Source: Podarcis pityusensis
Taxonomy: Eukaryota
Strand: one strand, 5' to 3'
Length of the DNA: 64,000 nt
Assembly (NCBI GenBank): GCA_964106645.2
Contig: OZ067039.1
The translations under genes were made by a program, and so were the position numbers. Positions 12,701 to 26,700 of this stretch are shown piece after piece; within the stretch, counting starts at the first letter, position 1, and the number at the start of each line of letters is the position of its first letter. Below the pieces are notes generated by a model. It saw only the letters and a program-made list of their open reading frames with translations. It did not search any database and was not told the origin of the DNA.

Positions 12701-15700
12701 AGTTAAACAAAACAGTGTTAATTTCAGAACAAATTTGTATATCAGATCTAATTTGGGTAAGCAAAAACAAACAAACAGTTAAGTCAGTAGTGTTTAGGTA
12801 AGTAAATGAGGTGGGTGTTTTTTGTTTCATTTCCTCACTCTGGGTTGTTTAGCATTATTTATTATTGTTTACTGTTTTGGTTTAGAGGAGATTGCTTTAA
12901 GAACTGCAGAGGTTGCTCAGCTTTCCCCTCAAGTATTATCTGAAGACGTCATCTGCTTAGACAGCACCAGCAGTGGCAGTGAGGATGACTCCAAAGGAAG
13001 ACTCCATAGCATTAAAGATGGTAAAAACAAATAGTAATCACTTGACATTCTCTCACTGTGCCCTACAACAGTTTCGTATCCCCTGTCTCCATGCAGCCCC
13101 AGCCCCACTTCTAATCCTGTTCCAGAGAGTCTCCCAGCCCTCTAAAAAGCTGGGGGGGGGGGTGTGAGGACACTGAGAAGGGGGAATTGGTGAATATCCC
13201 TCATCCCCTCAAGCAGAGCTCTCTGTAAATAGAGTGCCACCCATGGGTAGTTTGAATCCAGTCTAGTTTATAGATGAATATATTTAATATATTATAGAGT
13301 TGATAGTTGCATAATGTATGTAGGTTTATATTTATTTGCATAAGCAACTAGTCATTGCAATTTGTGTACAAAAATGCAAACATGAACACAATTTAACAGG
13401 TAAAATTTCTATAGTAAATTTAAAAGCACCAGCCATTGCAATTTGTTTATAAAGTACAAATATATATAAACACAAATGGAATAGGTAAGATTTCTAAACC
13501 ATATTAAAAATTATACAATTGAAAACTCTGCTTAGTTGTGGCGCATATCTTAATGTCATATGATAGAAATTTTGCTGTCACTAGCTAAAATTAAACAAGA
13601 GCCAAAAGTTAAAGATTCTGATCCATCCCTGTGTGGCAGTAGAGAGGGCATCAACTTCAAATTGCACAGCATCACAATATATCAGTGAATAAATTGATTT
13701 GTAGATGGATATTTGTTTCTGATTTTTGCATCTGTAAAATCACTGACATGAAAATTATGCTCTGTCTTTTACTTGATCTCTCCACGTACTCTGCAATTAT
13801 TTAATGAAAGCAGTGCTCATGTGTCTTCATTTTATTTTTCTCTCATTTCTCTCGCTCTCTAGTTGAAAATAGAGCAAAATGAAAGAATTGCAAGATAGTT
13901 TAATATTCACTTACTGGATATGCCGGCACTAAGTTTGTCAGCGTGATTAGTTACATTTTTTTAACCTTCATAATTTATTACTTTGCTTAGTTTTCTACCG
14001 TAGAGAGAAGAGGAAATGAAAGCACAGGAATTGGTAGTTCAATATGAACATTACAATTGAGATAAAAATACGATGGAGGTGCTAATCTCCCACGTCTGGT
14101 TGTCTTACAGAAGTGATAGAATTAAGTTCAGGAGAAGATGAATCCCTTCAGATTGTAGACAGCAGTGACTCTGGCAATGAAGGGGATGAAGATGCTTCTG
14201 AAGAGAGCAGTGGCGCTCACGTGAACGATGCTCTAAACCAGTTAGATGCTTCAGGACAAGTAATTGTCAACATCAACCACCCACCAAATGAAGAAGACAT
14301 TTACCTGGCTCCTCAACTTGCACGAGCTGTAAAACCACACCAGGTACTGGAGATCTTCAGTCTGATATAAAAAGGACTTCAGCAACTTTCTTTTCAGAAG
14401 CTGTACTTCGGTGTAACATGCACTGATAAATCTCAGCCCTTGTAGTGTTGCATATGTATGTGACAAAATGCATATCCAGCCTAGCAGTTTGTTGCGTTCC
14501 CACCCATAATCTCTTTGGCATTGTTTGTTACTCTTTCTAGATTGGTGGCATCCGCTTCCTGTACGATAATCTGGTGGAATCCTTGGAAAGATTTAAAACC
14601 AGCAGTGGGTTTGGCTGTATCTTAGCTCATAGCATGGGGCTGGGCAAGACCCTCCAGGTCATCTCTTTTTTGGATGTACTTTTCCGGCACATTGAGGCGA
14701 AGACTGTCTTGGCCATTGTACCCGTAAGTAGACTGGGCAGAAGAGTGTGTTGGTTCTGTTTGTCTGGGTGTTGGAGGGAGGAGGAAGGGCCCTTCAAAAC
14801 TGAGAGCAATCTCTGATGTCTCCTGGCTTCCATTTCCCACCACTTAAGTATACCCATTTTAGGATTACATAGAGAGGCTCAGTTCTTGCACTGAGGAGCA
14901 GAAGCAAGAGATACTATGTGGTCTTCCTTAGCTGTCCCCTCCCCCTTTACCGCCACAACTCACTCAGTCTCTCTCAGTCTCTTTCTCTTTCTCTCTTACA
15001 CACACACACTCTTACTTGAGAAGGCTTGTATTTGTTACATCCTTTAAAAACCAGTTGAGTGTTACATGTGAATAAATACTTGCATGAACTTGAACCTGAA
15101 AAGCTGGTTTTGTCCTTGAATGCTCAGTGTTCTGTAGTCTTCACTTCAGAATCCTAACTGGTGTGTCTCATACTTCCCATCACCCTCTTTTCTTACAGGT
15201 AAACACTCTTCAGAACTGGCTAGCAGAGTTCAACATGTGGCTTCCAGCACCAGAAGCCCTTCCTGCTGACTATGATCCAAAAGAAATTCAGCCTCGTACC
15301 TTCAAAGTCCATATCTTGAATGATGAACACAAGTAAGTGCAATTAATACCCTTACACAGGTGTTGTGTAGAGCTGTTGCTGCTGTTTATACCCTGCCTTT
15401 TGGCCCTTGAAGGTCCTCAAAGCAGCTTGTATAAGTGAACAAAACTTCTTAAATAAACCTTCATATGCAAAATGGCTGATAAAAATTAATATAACAGTAA
15501 ATATAACAGGTAAAATCAGAAAAGCACCTTTCATTAAACCATCACCATAGGGCTTATGGGCACATTATTTTAGTTAACATAATGTATATTTCGCTTGACT
15601 GTAGTAAAACTTCTAAGCAGCTTACAAGAAAATTTTTAATTATCAATAGCAAAGTTAAAAATAAGTAATTAAAACCATTTAAAAGATGATGAAATTTAAT

Positions 15701-18204
15701 ATTGGACTAAAGAGAGATTAAAACACATCAACATCTGTGTGTTCAGATAGGCATTTCTAAACAAAATGTTTTAAGTAGGCACCGAAAAGAGTACAGTGAA
15801 GGTGCCTGTCTGAAGTCAGTAGACAGGGAGTTACAAAATGTAGGTGCCACACATTACAGGGGACCCTCTGGATACGTAACTTTCAGGTTATGAATGCGGC
15901 AAACCTGGAAGTATATTCTTCCGGGTTTCGCCACGCGCGCATGTGCAGAAGCGGCGCCTCTGGTTACGGATTTTTTGGGGTGCACACAGACCCCCCGAAC
16001 GAATTAAATCTGTAACCAGAGGGTCCACTGTACTCTTAAATGTTTTCCAAAACTGTGCTGTCTTGACTTGCCTCCTGAAAGCTGAAACTGATTGGCTTTA
16101 TGGGAACTTCCTTGGATGATCTTAGTATACAGAGAGAAAATGATTCCACAGATATCCTGCACCAGCAACTTTATGCAAACATAAATTAATTGGAAGACAT
16201 TAATGTGCTTGAGCACGAGTGCCATATGTTCATGGAGACTAACCCTGGCCAATAGTTGCTCTTCATCGGCCATATTTTGACCCAGCTTCCAAAATTTTGC
16301 ATAGCATTTTAAACTGCATGGACCTGTTGGCATAAAACAGTTCTATGGCAGTTATCTTATGGAATAAACACTATAATTTGCTCCCTACTGTAAAATAATT
16401 TTCCTGATTGTTCAGATCCTGAATATCTGTTGCAATCATCTCAATTCTAGCAGAACAATTCCTCATTTGTAGTATATACTCACTGTTTTCTGATCCTAAT
16501 AAATGCTTTCTTGTCCCAAACTGTACCATTAGCTTATCTAAAGGAGTTGCAGGCAGGCTGGGCTGTGCAAATTGTTTCCTCACCCTTCCTATGGCACTTT
16601 GAATGGCATCAAGAAGCAACAGACTAAGCCACAACCAGTCTCCAGTTTGTGCAGCAGAAAAAGTAAATTGTCCCACACTGTGAGTGGCTGTCAGTGGCAG
16701 GGAAAAACAGGTCATCCTTTAATTTTTCTGAAATGGCTGTTGTTGTTTGTATGATTAGGGTCCATGCCTTAAGCCCAATATGAACATATAGCTTTGCCCT
16801 CTTTCTTTAGCATTGGTTTGGCCTTGCCTCCCTAATACTACCTATAGCAAACAGAACTGTCGGTGAACTTTCTCACTGTTTATTTATGAAACTTCAGGAT
16901 GCTTAAGTGATGTTGGGACTCACATTTGAGAGCCACTGCTTTACATGCGTTCAGCACACACCTGTCTTTTGTTGAATTCACCTGTTTCAGAAGCACCAGC
17001 ACAGTTTTCCTTCTTATTGGTACGTTTTATTTTGCTTTTCTCTACAGGACCACAGCAGCTCGTGCCAAAGTGGTAACTGATTGGGTGACTGATGGTGGCG
17101 TGTTGCTGATGGGTTATGAGATGTATCGTCTCCTTTCATTGAAGAAATCCTTTGCCACAGGCAGAAGGAAAAAAAGCAAAAAGCAGACTGGCCCTGTCAT
17201 TATAGATTTGGATGAAGAGGATCGTCAGCAGGAGCTTTTAAAAGGTTCAGAGGCTTTTGTCTTTTAAAACTCTTAATTTTACTTCCATTTTAAGAGATGC
17301 AATCCTTAGATAGTTATTTTTATTAATATGTGGACACAGGAAAATTATTAACCAAAAATTGTTTAGAAACAGAGGCCCTATTATATTTATCTCTAACATG
17401 GATTGAATGGACATGTGTTCTGTGAAGTGTCTCACTGGGAATTTTAAATCATCGCCTAAGCCACTGAAGAAGGTTTCAGTGTCCTTCTGTCACCAGTGTC
17501 ATCCGTCAGATTGGAATGGCTATCACTACAGTCCATTCATGTTTTCTGACCCACACATTTTCCTTTACTGGATTTTCCACATTTTTTTGCATTAAATCAA
17601 GAATTGTGAACAACAGCTTCCTGTGTTGCTTTCTTTCATTCAGGAATCGAGAAAGCTTTGTCCCGCCCTGGGCCAGATGTGGTAATCTGTGATGAGGGAC
17701 ATCGGATAAAGAATTGCCACGCTAGCACCTCTCAGGCCTTGAAGAGCATCCGATCTCGGCGACGGGTGGTACTCACTGGCTACCCTCTGCAGAACAACCT
17801 AATTGAGTATTGGTGCATGGTGGACTTTGTCCGTCCTGACTTCCTTGGTACCCGGCAGGAGTTCAGTAACATGTTTGAGCGCCCCATCCTGAATGGACAG
17901 TGTATCGATAGCACCCCTCAGGATGTTCGCCTCATGAGGTATCGCAGTCACGTCCTGCACAGCCTGCTGGAGGGCTTTGTACAAAGGTGAGTCCACATCA
18001 GATTGCCAGCACCTTAGGTTTTTCCCCCAACAATTCTTTTGAGCCTTGTGCTGAGCCACATTGTTGAGTACTGCAAGTCACTTCAGTAAATTGGACTTTT
18101 GGATCTGAAAACAGAAACCTATCATGTTAGGGAAGCTTTTAATGTTTAATAGATTATTGTATTTTAATATTCTGTTGGAAGCTGCCCAGATGGGTGGGGT
18201 AGAA

Positions 18205-18244
<40 letters not shown>

Positions 18245-21200
18245 CTGCTGGGTCGGAACCTACCATCATCAGAGAAATGATGCTATGTCAGAGTTAGAAA
18301 CAAATTATTTTGAAGGTTGACCATTGCTTTTTGAGTTGGCATTTTGTCAAATTGTTGAATTTCATTTGTGAGTTGAGACATGATTCTTGAGGTTTCCACG
18401 TTTAAGTTTTATGTAATAAGGTGCAATGTGCCACACATGGAAGGCTGCTCCAGCAATCTCATTTTGACGTACATGCTATTAAATCTAAGTGCAATGTTGT
18501 GAATAGCAGCCTGCTTGTGTAACATTTTCCATCCAAGCCTATGAACGTAATTTACAAAGATCTGACAGTTGCAAGTTCAGTTTGAGTTGTATATTGCTAT
18601 AGATTAAATATTTACTCAAATTTCCAATTGGAAAGTTATACTTCCTTGGTAACAAACCCAGAGGCACAGCTCAAATCTTGGAGTGGCCTAGAAAAACAAT
18701 TGCCCACTTCCATCAATGAGCTTAAACAACAAAGCATCTTGTGGTTCCCTCGAGAAGTACAAATTTATTATGGCATAAGCTTTTATGGCATACCGTCTAT
18801 TTCATCCGATGCAGTTGTAGTCCGTGAATGCTTATTTCAGGGGTGGCTCATCCTTTTTGAGCGTAGGATTGACCCATGCTGCATTTCAAAATGGATGTGA
18901 CCAAAGAGTAAAAGTGGCAATGGTCAATAAAAATAAAGATTTTTTTAAAAATAACATTTTTGTTTGTGAGGGTGTGTGTCAACACCCCCTTTTTGCATTA
19001 TAGAATCACAACAGGGAACTTGCTGGAATGTTCAGCATTTTTTAAAAATTAGAAATTGTGGCGGGAGCTTGAAGGGACACAAACGACCCTTTTGGCAGCA
19101 GCACATCACAACAGGGGACCTATGGGAGCAATCATGATCATTATAATATAATATAATATAATATACACATTTTAAAGTAATTCTTATTTTTTAAAAAGTG
19201 GAGGGGACTTCTGGCATCATGACATCGCAGTAAGAAATACATAGGAACAGGCAATATTTTTAAAAAAGCTAATTAAAACATTTTCTTAAAATGACAAATT
19301 TGGGAGGGCACTTAGGGCAACAAAGAAGCTTTTTGGGAGGAGGGGGGCAGTTACAGTGCCTAGGCTAGGAACCCCCAGCTTCTACCATGATGAATTTTGA
19401 AGCCTTTGTGATGCCACAGGACTCTAAATAACCTAAGAAAGGCTCTGCTGGATCAGGCCAGTGGCCCATCTAGTCCAGCACCCTGTTCTTACAGTGGCCA
19501 ACCAGACACCTGTGGGAAACCAGGGAGCAGAACCTGAGCACAACAGTGCTTTCTCCACTTGCGATTCCCAGCCACTGGTATTCAGAGGCATATTATCTCC
19601 CAGCAGTGGAAGTACAGCATTGCAGCAAGTAGAGACTTAACATGGGTAACCCACCTGGAAATTACAAGTATGTTTCTCGTGCTTGAGATCCTGTCATTAT
19701 CGTTAATAAATCACACACAAAGTTAGGTGATCTGTGCTTTCCCTCCTCAGTAGCATAACAGGAAAGTCACATTTTGTCGTTAGGTTCACTGCAGAGATTC
19801 CAGACTGAGCACTCCCTCTCCTGACCTTCTTTTTCTTGGCTGATTTTGTAGGCGAGGGCACAATGTCCTGAAAGTTCAGCTTCCCTACAAGGAAGAGCAT
19901 GTCATCTTAGTGCGTTTGTCAAAGATCCAGCGGGCTCTTTACACTGAGTTCATGAACCGGTTTCGTGATGCAGGCAACAGTGGCTGGCTGGGTCTGAATC
20001 CACTCAAGGCTTTCTGTGTCTGTTGTAAGGTATGTCTAAATCTGAAAGAGACGGATGGTTTGTGTGGAGTCCATGGAAAGGGCAGGAAATCCATACAGAT
20101 GTATTGGTGTTCTATAGCATTGTGGTGATACTGAATAGCACAGCTGTCCTCTTTTAAGACCAAGCTCCTACTGGGAAGTACGGAACATTTCCTGAGTGAG
20201 AATGATTTGTGTAACGGTGGTTTGGCTTGAAGTATCTTGATTATAGTTCTTTGTCTGACCACAGACTAATTAGTAGCATGAGAAGATGTTGGACACACTT
20301 CCTTTCGAGAAGCTCAGTGGTCAAGCATCTTGCTTTGCAAGCAGAAGATCCCAGGCTGCAATCTCTTTGGTGGCATGGAGTTTTCGTGGAATTGCTGTTT
20401 CCCATTCTCAGCCCCTTGATTAGAGCAACATATGGCTAGAAATAAATTAAATAGTCACCACCTAGACATTAATAAATGGAATTTCTGAAGCATTTTAGGC
20501 TAAATAGTTTCAAAGTAACCTGCCCTCTCCTTTCAGATCTGGAATCACCCTGACGTGCTATATGAAGCATTACAAAAAGAGAATTTGGCCAATGAGCAGG
20601 ACCTGGATGTGGATGACCTTGGCACGGCCGGTACCAATTCACGCTGCCAGTCACAGGGAATGAAAGTCAAAACGGAGAACAATGCTTTGGCATCACCAAT
20701 TGGGGAAGCGACCAACAGCAAATACATTCAGGGCATTGGCTTCAATCCCTTTCAGGAAAGAGCCAATCAGGTTGTAACGTATGAGTGGGTGAGTACCAGC
20801 ATCAAAACTTCCAATGTGACTGATTCCTCCCTCCCTTTTCCTCAAGCATAAAGAAGGATTCTAAGGTTGGGACAGGCTTTTTTTGGATACTGCGCACTGT
20901 TTGGTTCTGGTAATTTTGCCAATGTTTCCTGGAATAATCGGCCAATGTGCTGCTTCTCAAATGCTTAATTCAATCCAATATGTACTTGGATCTGAAATCA
21001 TACATAACAGTATGCATGCGTCTGTCTGTCCCTGCTGTGAGTCACCACTTTAGTTGGGGTGTCTCATGCTAATAATCCCCAGGTATGAAATACAGGGTGG
21101 ATATTAAATTATCTGTCAAGGGATCAATTATTATGTTTTGCCTCTTTTCGACTGACATGTGACATAATGTTGTGTGAAAGATTTGTTTCTGAATAGAAAG

Positions 21201-23670
21201 TGTGTTTTTCACATGTCTTTTACACCCATTACCTTGGTTTGTGATCATGTTTAGGAAGTTAGGGAGTTTTAAGTAGTGAATTGGTGAACTGGGATACAGC
21301 AGCAAACTCTGTTCACGATGGCACTGAATGTTCCTGTTTTACCCACAGGCGAAAGACATCCTTTGTGATTACCAGACAGGAGTTTTGCAAAATTCCCCTA
21401 AGATGGTGTTGCTGTTTCATCTTGTGGACGAGAGTGTGAAACTTGGAGACAAATTATTAGTCTTCAGGTACGGGGCAATTACAGTACTTTAGATCTTGTT
21501 CCTGCTGTAGAGTCTTGCTAAATGTGACTAAATACTATTGACTCCAATCCAGCTGTTTATAAAAAACAGACCTTAAAGCAGGTTTCTCAGTAATCCTGGG
21601 CAACAAAGTCCACTGTAGAACACAATTAGCTTCTCTGTGTATGTTTTCTTCACAATTTCATGGCGGCCAGTGAAGAATGCTTGGAAATTACAGCGCACTG
21701 GCCATTCTGGGGCCTAGGAAATTGACCACATTACTGCTGTCCTTTAAAGAGCTGTGCTTGTTGTCACTTGGTTTTGAGGCATAATTCGATGTGCTGATGT
21801 TAACATTTACATCCCTAAATCACCTATGCCTAGTCAAAATAAAAAAAATCCTTCCAGTAGCACCTTTAAGACCAACTAAGTTAGTTCTTGGTATGAGCTT
21901 TCGTGTGCAAGCACACTTCTTCAGGTATCTGAAGAAGTGTGCTTGCACACGAAAGCTCATACCAAGAACTAACTTAGTTGGTCTTAAAGGTGCTACTGGA
22001 AGGATTTTTTTTATTTTGACTATGGCAGACCAACACGGCTACCTATCTGTAACTCACCTATGCCTAGTTATTTGTTAGAAACACCATTCTCATATCTCCC
22101 TCCCAGTGTTCCAAGGAGGCCCTATTGCAAAAGCTCTTGATGTCTGAAGTATAATGGGCCTTCTCGGTTGTGGTATCCCATCCATCCCATCCTTTATCCA
22201 GGGATTCCTGCTTTTTTAATGTTTTTCATAAAATGATGAAGCTTCTTTTCTGACGTTCAACCAGCTTGTTAGATTTTGGGTATTAAGATTTAGATTCAAG
22301 TATGTTTCGGTCATTCCGCAGAATAATTGTAATACTGATTTTATTGTAAGCTGCCTTTGACCAAAAAGAGAAGTATTTAATGTAAATCTGCTTTTTGATA
22401 TGGCAAATCCATTGGGTTGGATCCAGGCTCAGTTATTCCTAGAGATGACTCCCTTGAACTTGTTAGCCAACTATGGCTGCAGTCCTAACCCCACTTGCCC
22501 TTGGAATAAGTCCCTGCAGTATTCAGCAGAACTTATTTCTGAGTAGACTTTGTTAGGATTGTGCTGAAAGTCTGAATCCATCCATTGTTTGTTCTGTCCT
22601 CAATTGATAGCATAACATTTTCTATTTTCATCATTCTTTCAAATATATTTAAAAAATAAAGAGCCTTGGATTCCTGCCTGTGCCTCATGCATGTGTTGCA
22701 GATGAGAAGTGTGTTAAATTATGTGAAATAGAACATTGTGTATTGTAAGGTGCCAGTGCAGACTAGCTTTTGCACTTGTAAATAGGATCTCCTTTTTTCT
22801 ATTCAAATTATACTGTGGATTTTTAAAAATCTTTCATTTGCCCTTCTGAGTGGAGTTCTTTGTCTCTTGCAGCCAAAGCCTTTCCACGTTGTCTGTCATT
22901 GAGGATTTCTTGGCAAAGAGACCAGTGCCTTCTCTCCCAGGCTTGGAATCACAAGGAATCCATAATTGGGTCCGAAATGTGAATTATTATCGTAAGTACA
23001 GCATGTCCTTCCATCATCTGGAGTACTAATTGTTTACAGCTGGGCTGATCTTCCTGAAAATGTATCCATTTTCTCTAGTTTGTCTGCAACCTTTTCTGTT
23101 GTTTCCCATGGAGATGTACATGGATCCACCTTCATTTTCAGACAAATTGCTTTCAGGCATTTGTTTGGTTTTGGATAGAAGTAGTTTATTTTGATGCTTG
23201 AGCATTTCCCCCCCTCCTATGTCAGTGTCACATGGATATTATCAAACAAGCAAAACCTTACAGTTACCCATAATTGTTTTATTTTAATGGATGTTGTGGG
23301 ATTTTTATTTTTATTTAAAAACACACATTTTGTATTCATTTTCCACTGGGTAGGTCTGGATGGTAGTACTTCAGCCTCCGAGAGGGAGCGGCTGATAAAC
23401 CAGTTCAACGACCCCAGCAACACTTCGGTTTCACTCTTCCTTCTTTCCACACGGTAAGTTGCGTCTAATGAGGTATTTGCCACCAAGAATCCTTGGCATT
23501 TTATCCAGTTGAAAGGATGGCCTTAAGACCTTTTAGAAACATGTGGAGGTCTGCACTAATCATTCCATAGTTATCTTCAGAAGTTACTGCTAACATCCGA
23601 TTAAAATTTTACACCAGGGTTTTGAGCAAAAGCAACAGCCCCCACATAAGATATGATTCCCAGGCAGAAT

Positions 23671-23713
<43 letters not shown>

Positions 23714-26700
23714 CCTCCTTCTCTGCAAGGGGACATTTACCAGCAGCAGCTCTGCAGGGAACATCCTGGATGACTTACGTTTTGATAGTTTGATCAGGAT
23801 ATTTATTAATGATTTTTGTATCATTGTAACTTGTAAGCTGCATTAGAAAGATTTGCATCCTGTATAGGAAAAATATATAATTTATTTAGGAGACCACTGT
23901 AAGCAGATGAAAACATTAGCAGGGTTTAAATAACACTTGTAATATAAACGAGTACTATGGACAGATTTAAAATATGAGTTATGAAACAATATGCAGCTGA
24001 AAATGTTGACAATAAGACCCAAGGAGGGGATGGAGGGAAGTCTAGAGATTCAGAGAAATTTCTCAATGTTGATATTTATTTGGTATTGTTATAACTCTAC
24101 ACTTGTAAAATCAAATAAAATTATTTTCAAAAAGAAGAAGAAAGATTTGCATCCTGAAATGCAGGATATAAATAATGGTAACAAATGAATGAATATTTTA
24201 TATATTTTTAGAGCTGGATGTTTGGGTGTGAATCTGATCGGTGCAAACAGGGTGATAGTATTTGATGCCTCCTGGAATCCATGCCATGATGCCCAGGCAG
24301 TATGTCGGGTGTATCGTTATGGGCAGAAGAAGCCTTGCCACATCTATCGATTAGTTTCCGATTACACCCTGGAGAAGAAAATATATGACCGCCAGATCTC
24401 CAAACAAGGGATGTCAGGTGGGTCAAATCTTCACATGTCTCCACCAAATCACCCCTGTCTTTTAGCCTCTGAAATGGGTTCTCGGTTGCTTCCTGGTTTT
24501 CTTCTTTCTTCTTGTGTTTGCAAGTGCGTGCCCTTACGTATGTCATCACTCAAGGAATGTTATTGGAGGTCCAAATGCAACAAGAGCAGCAGTTCTTCCT
24601 CATTTTGGATCTATGTATGTTTTATTTATGGGACGCGGGTGGCGCTGTGGGTTAAACCACAGAGCCTAGGGCTTGCCGATCAGAAGGTTGGCAGTTCAAA
24701 TCCCCGCGATGGGGTGAGCTCCCGTTGCTCGGTCCCTGCTCCTGCCAACCTAGCAGTTTGAAAGCATGTCAAAGTGCAAGTAGATAAATAGGTACTGCTC
24801 CAGCGGGAAGGTAAACGGCGTTTTCATGCGCTGCTCTGGTTCGCCAGAAGCGGCTTTGTCATGCTGGCCACATGACCCCGAAGCTGTATGCCGGCTCCCT
24901 CGGCCAGTAAAGCGAGATGAGCGCCGCAACCCCAGAGTCGTCCGCAACTGGACCTAATGGTCAGGGGTCCCTTTACCTTCTTTATGCTTTATTTAGATCG
25001 TGTTGTGGATGACTTGAATCCGGTGTTGAACTTTACCCGGAGAGAGGTGGAGAACTTGCTACACTTTGTGGAAGAGGAACCCGAAGCTGTCCAGCATTCA
25101 TTCAGCCCAAACAAGATCATGGAATCTGTCTTGCAGCTGGCCTGTCTCAAGTACCCTCACCTCATCACCAAGGTTAGGAGGGAGGGGGGAAACCCACTAT
25201 TCCCCTAATCTTTATTTTGCAACCCTGACCCATCTGCTTGTCAATAACTTCAAGGTGTCAAAGCCACATGGTTCTTATCTTGAGAAATCCTGCTGTTGAT
25301 GTAATCTTGTTCCCATGTAACACTCAGCCAGACTATGGCATAGCACAAATAAATCCAATTGCAGGTTCCTGGAGAGGAGATAGTAGCTGCTTTGCTCCTT
25401 CCTGGTCATTTTGCTTCTGTCTTGTGCTGATATAAGTCATGGGTTGGCTTAGTGTGTAATCTGAACTTGGCCTTGAGGTTTAGCTCTCTCCAGGCAAACA
25501 GCAAGCTATAACTGAGGCATCTCCTGTGTTTCCTGCAGATAACTTGAACCTCTTTCTCCTTGCTGTAACAAGGACGTGGTCCTTTTAAATGACCAGCACC
25601 TGACAATCAGAAGCAGCATTTCACAATAATGCAATAGTTATTACACACACCGAGGAGACAAGCTGTGCCAAACCTTAATTTACTATACAGTGGTACCTCC
25701 GGTTGCAGATGGGATCCGTTCTGGAGGACAGGTCGGATCCTGAGGTTTCCGCAACCTGAGGACCTCTTCTGCACATGCGGACATGGCAAAACCCAATCAA
25801 ATACTTCCGGGTTTGCCGCTTTCGCATCCTGAAGTTTACGTAACCAGAGGTGCTACTGTAATTTGAAGTACTGGTACATGATTTTAGCTGCTAGGCTAGC
25901 ATCACATGCTCATAACATACTTCTCCTGTGGTGTTACAGCTCATAGTTTATCTGGAGAGAGCAAAACACCAGGCCTGGGTTTGGATGATGTGCTAAGCCA
26001 AACCATGTAGAGCAGCAGCAGAATAACCAGAGGAAGAGCAAAGCAGTTGCGGTCTTTCCAGGACCCAACCAAATACTCCTAGCCTTTGCAGGGAGGGGAA
26101 AATACCAGTTATATAAAATAAAGCCTATTGGCTCCCAGTTTTTTCATACAAAGATGGATAGGTTACGAAAGGGACACGGGTGGCGCTGTGGTCTAAACCA
26201 CTGAGCCTTGGGCTTGCCCATCAGAAGGTCAGCGGTTTGAATCCCCGCTACCCAGTGAGCTCCCGTTGCTCGGTCCCTGCTCCTGCCAACCTAGCAGTTC
26301 GAAAGCATGTCAAAGTGCAAGTAGATAAATAGGTACTGCTCCGTCGGGAAGGTAAATGGCGTTTCCGTGCATTGCTCTGGTTTTGCCAGAAGCGGCTTAG
26401 TCATGCTGGGCCACATGACCCGGAATAACTGTCTGCAGACAAATGCCGGCTCCCTTGGCCTGTAAGGCGAGATGAGCGCTGCAACCCCAGAGTCATCTGT
26501 GACTGGACTCTGTCAGGGGTCCTTTACCTTTTGGATAGGTTACTGGTATCCTATAACAGGAGGGTAGGATAGCTGCCATTCTTTCACCTTGTGTTTTTGT
26601 GGTACTTTTGGTAAAAAAAAAAAGTTCTCAAAATGATACTTCCCATTGTTGTTACCACAGGAGCCTTTTGAGCATGAGTCGCTGCTGATTGACCGTAAAG

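Noticed and set aside
21791-22078. 95-aa ORF
   Set aside because: By-product of the palindromic element.
24418-24761. Read-through part of the 190-aa ORF
   Set aside because: Runs past a canonical donor into intron and SINE sequence.
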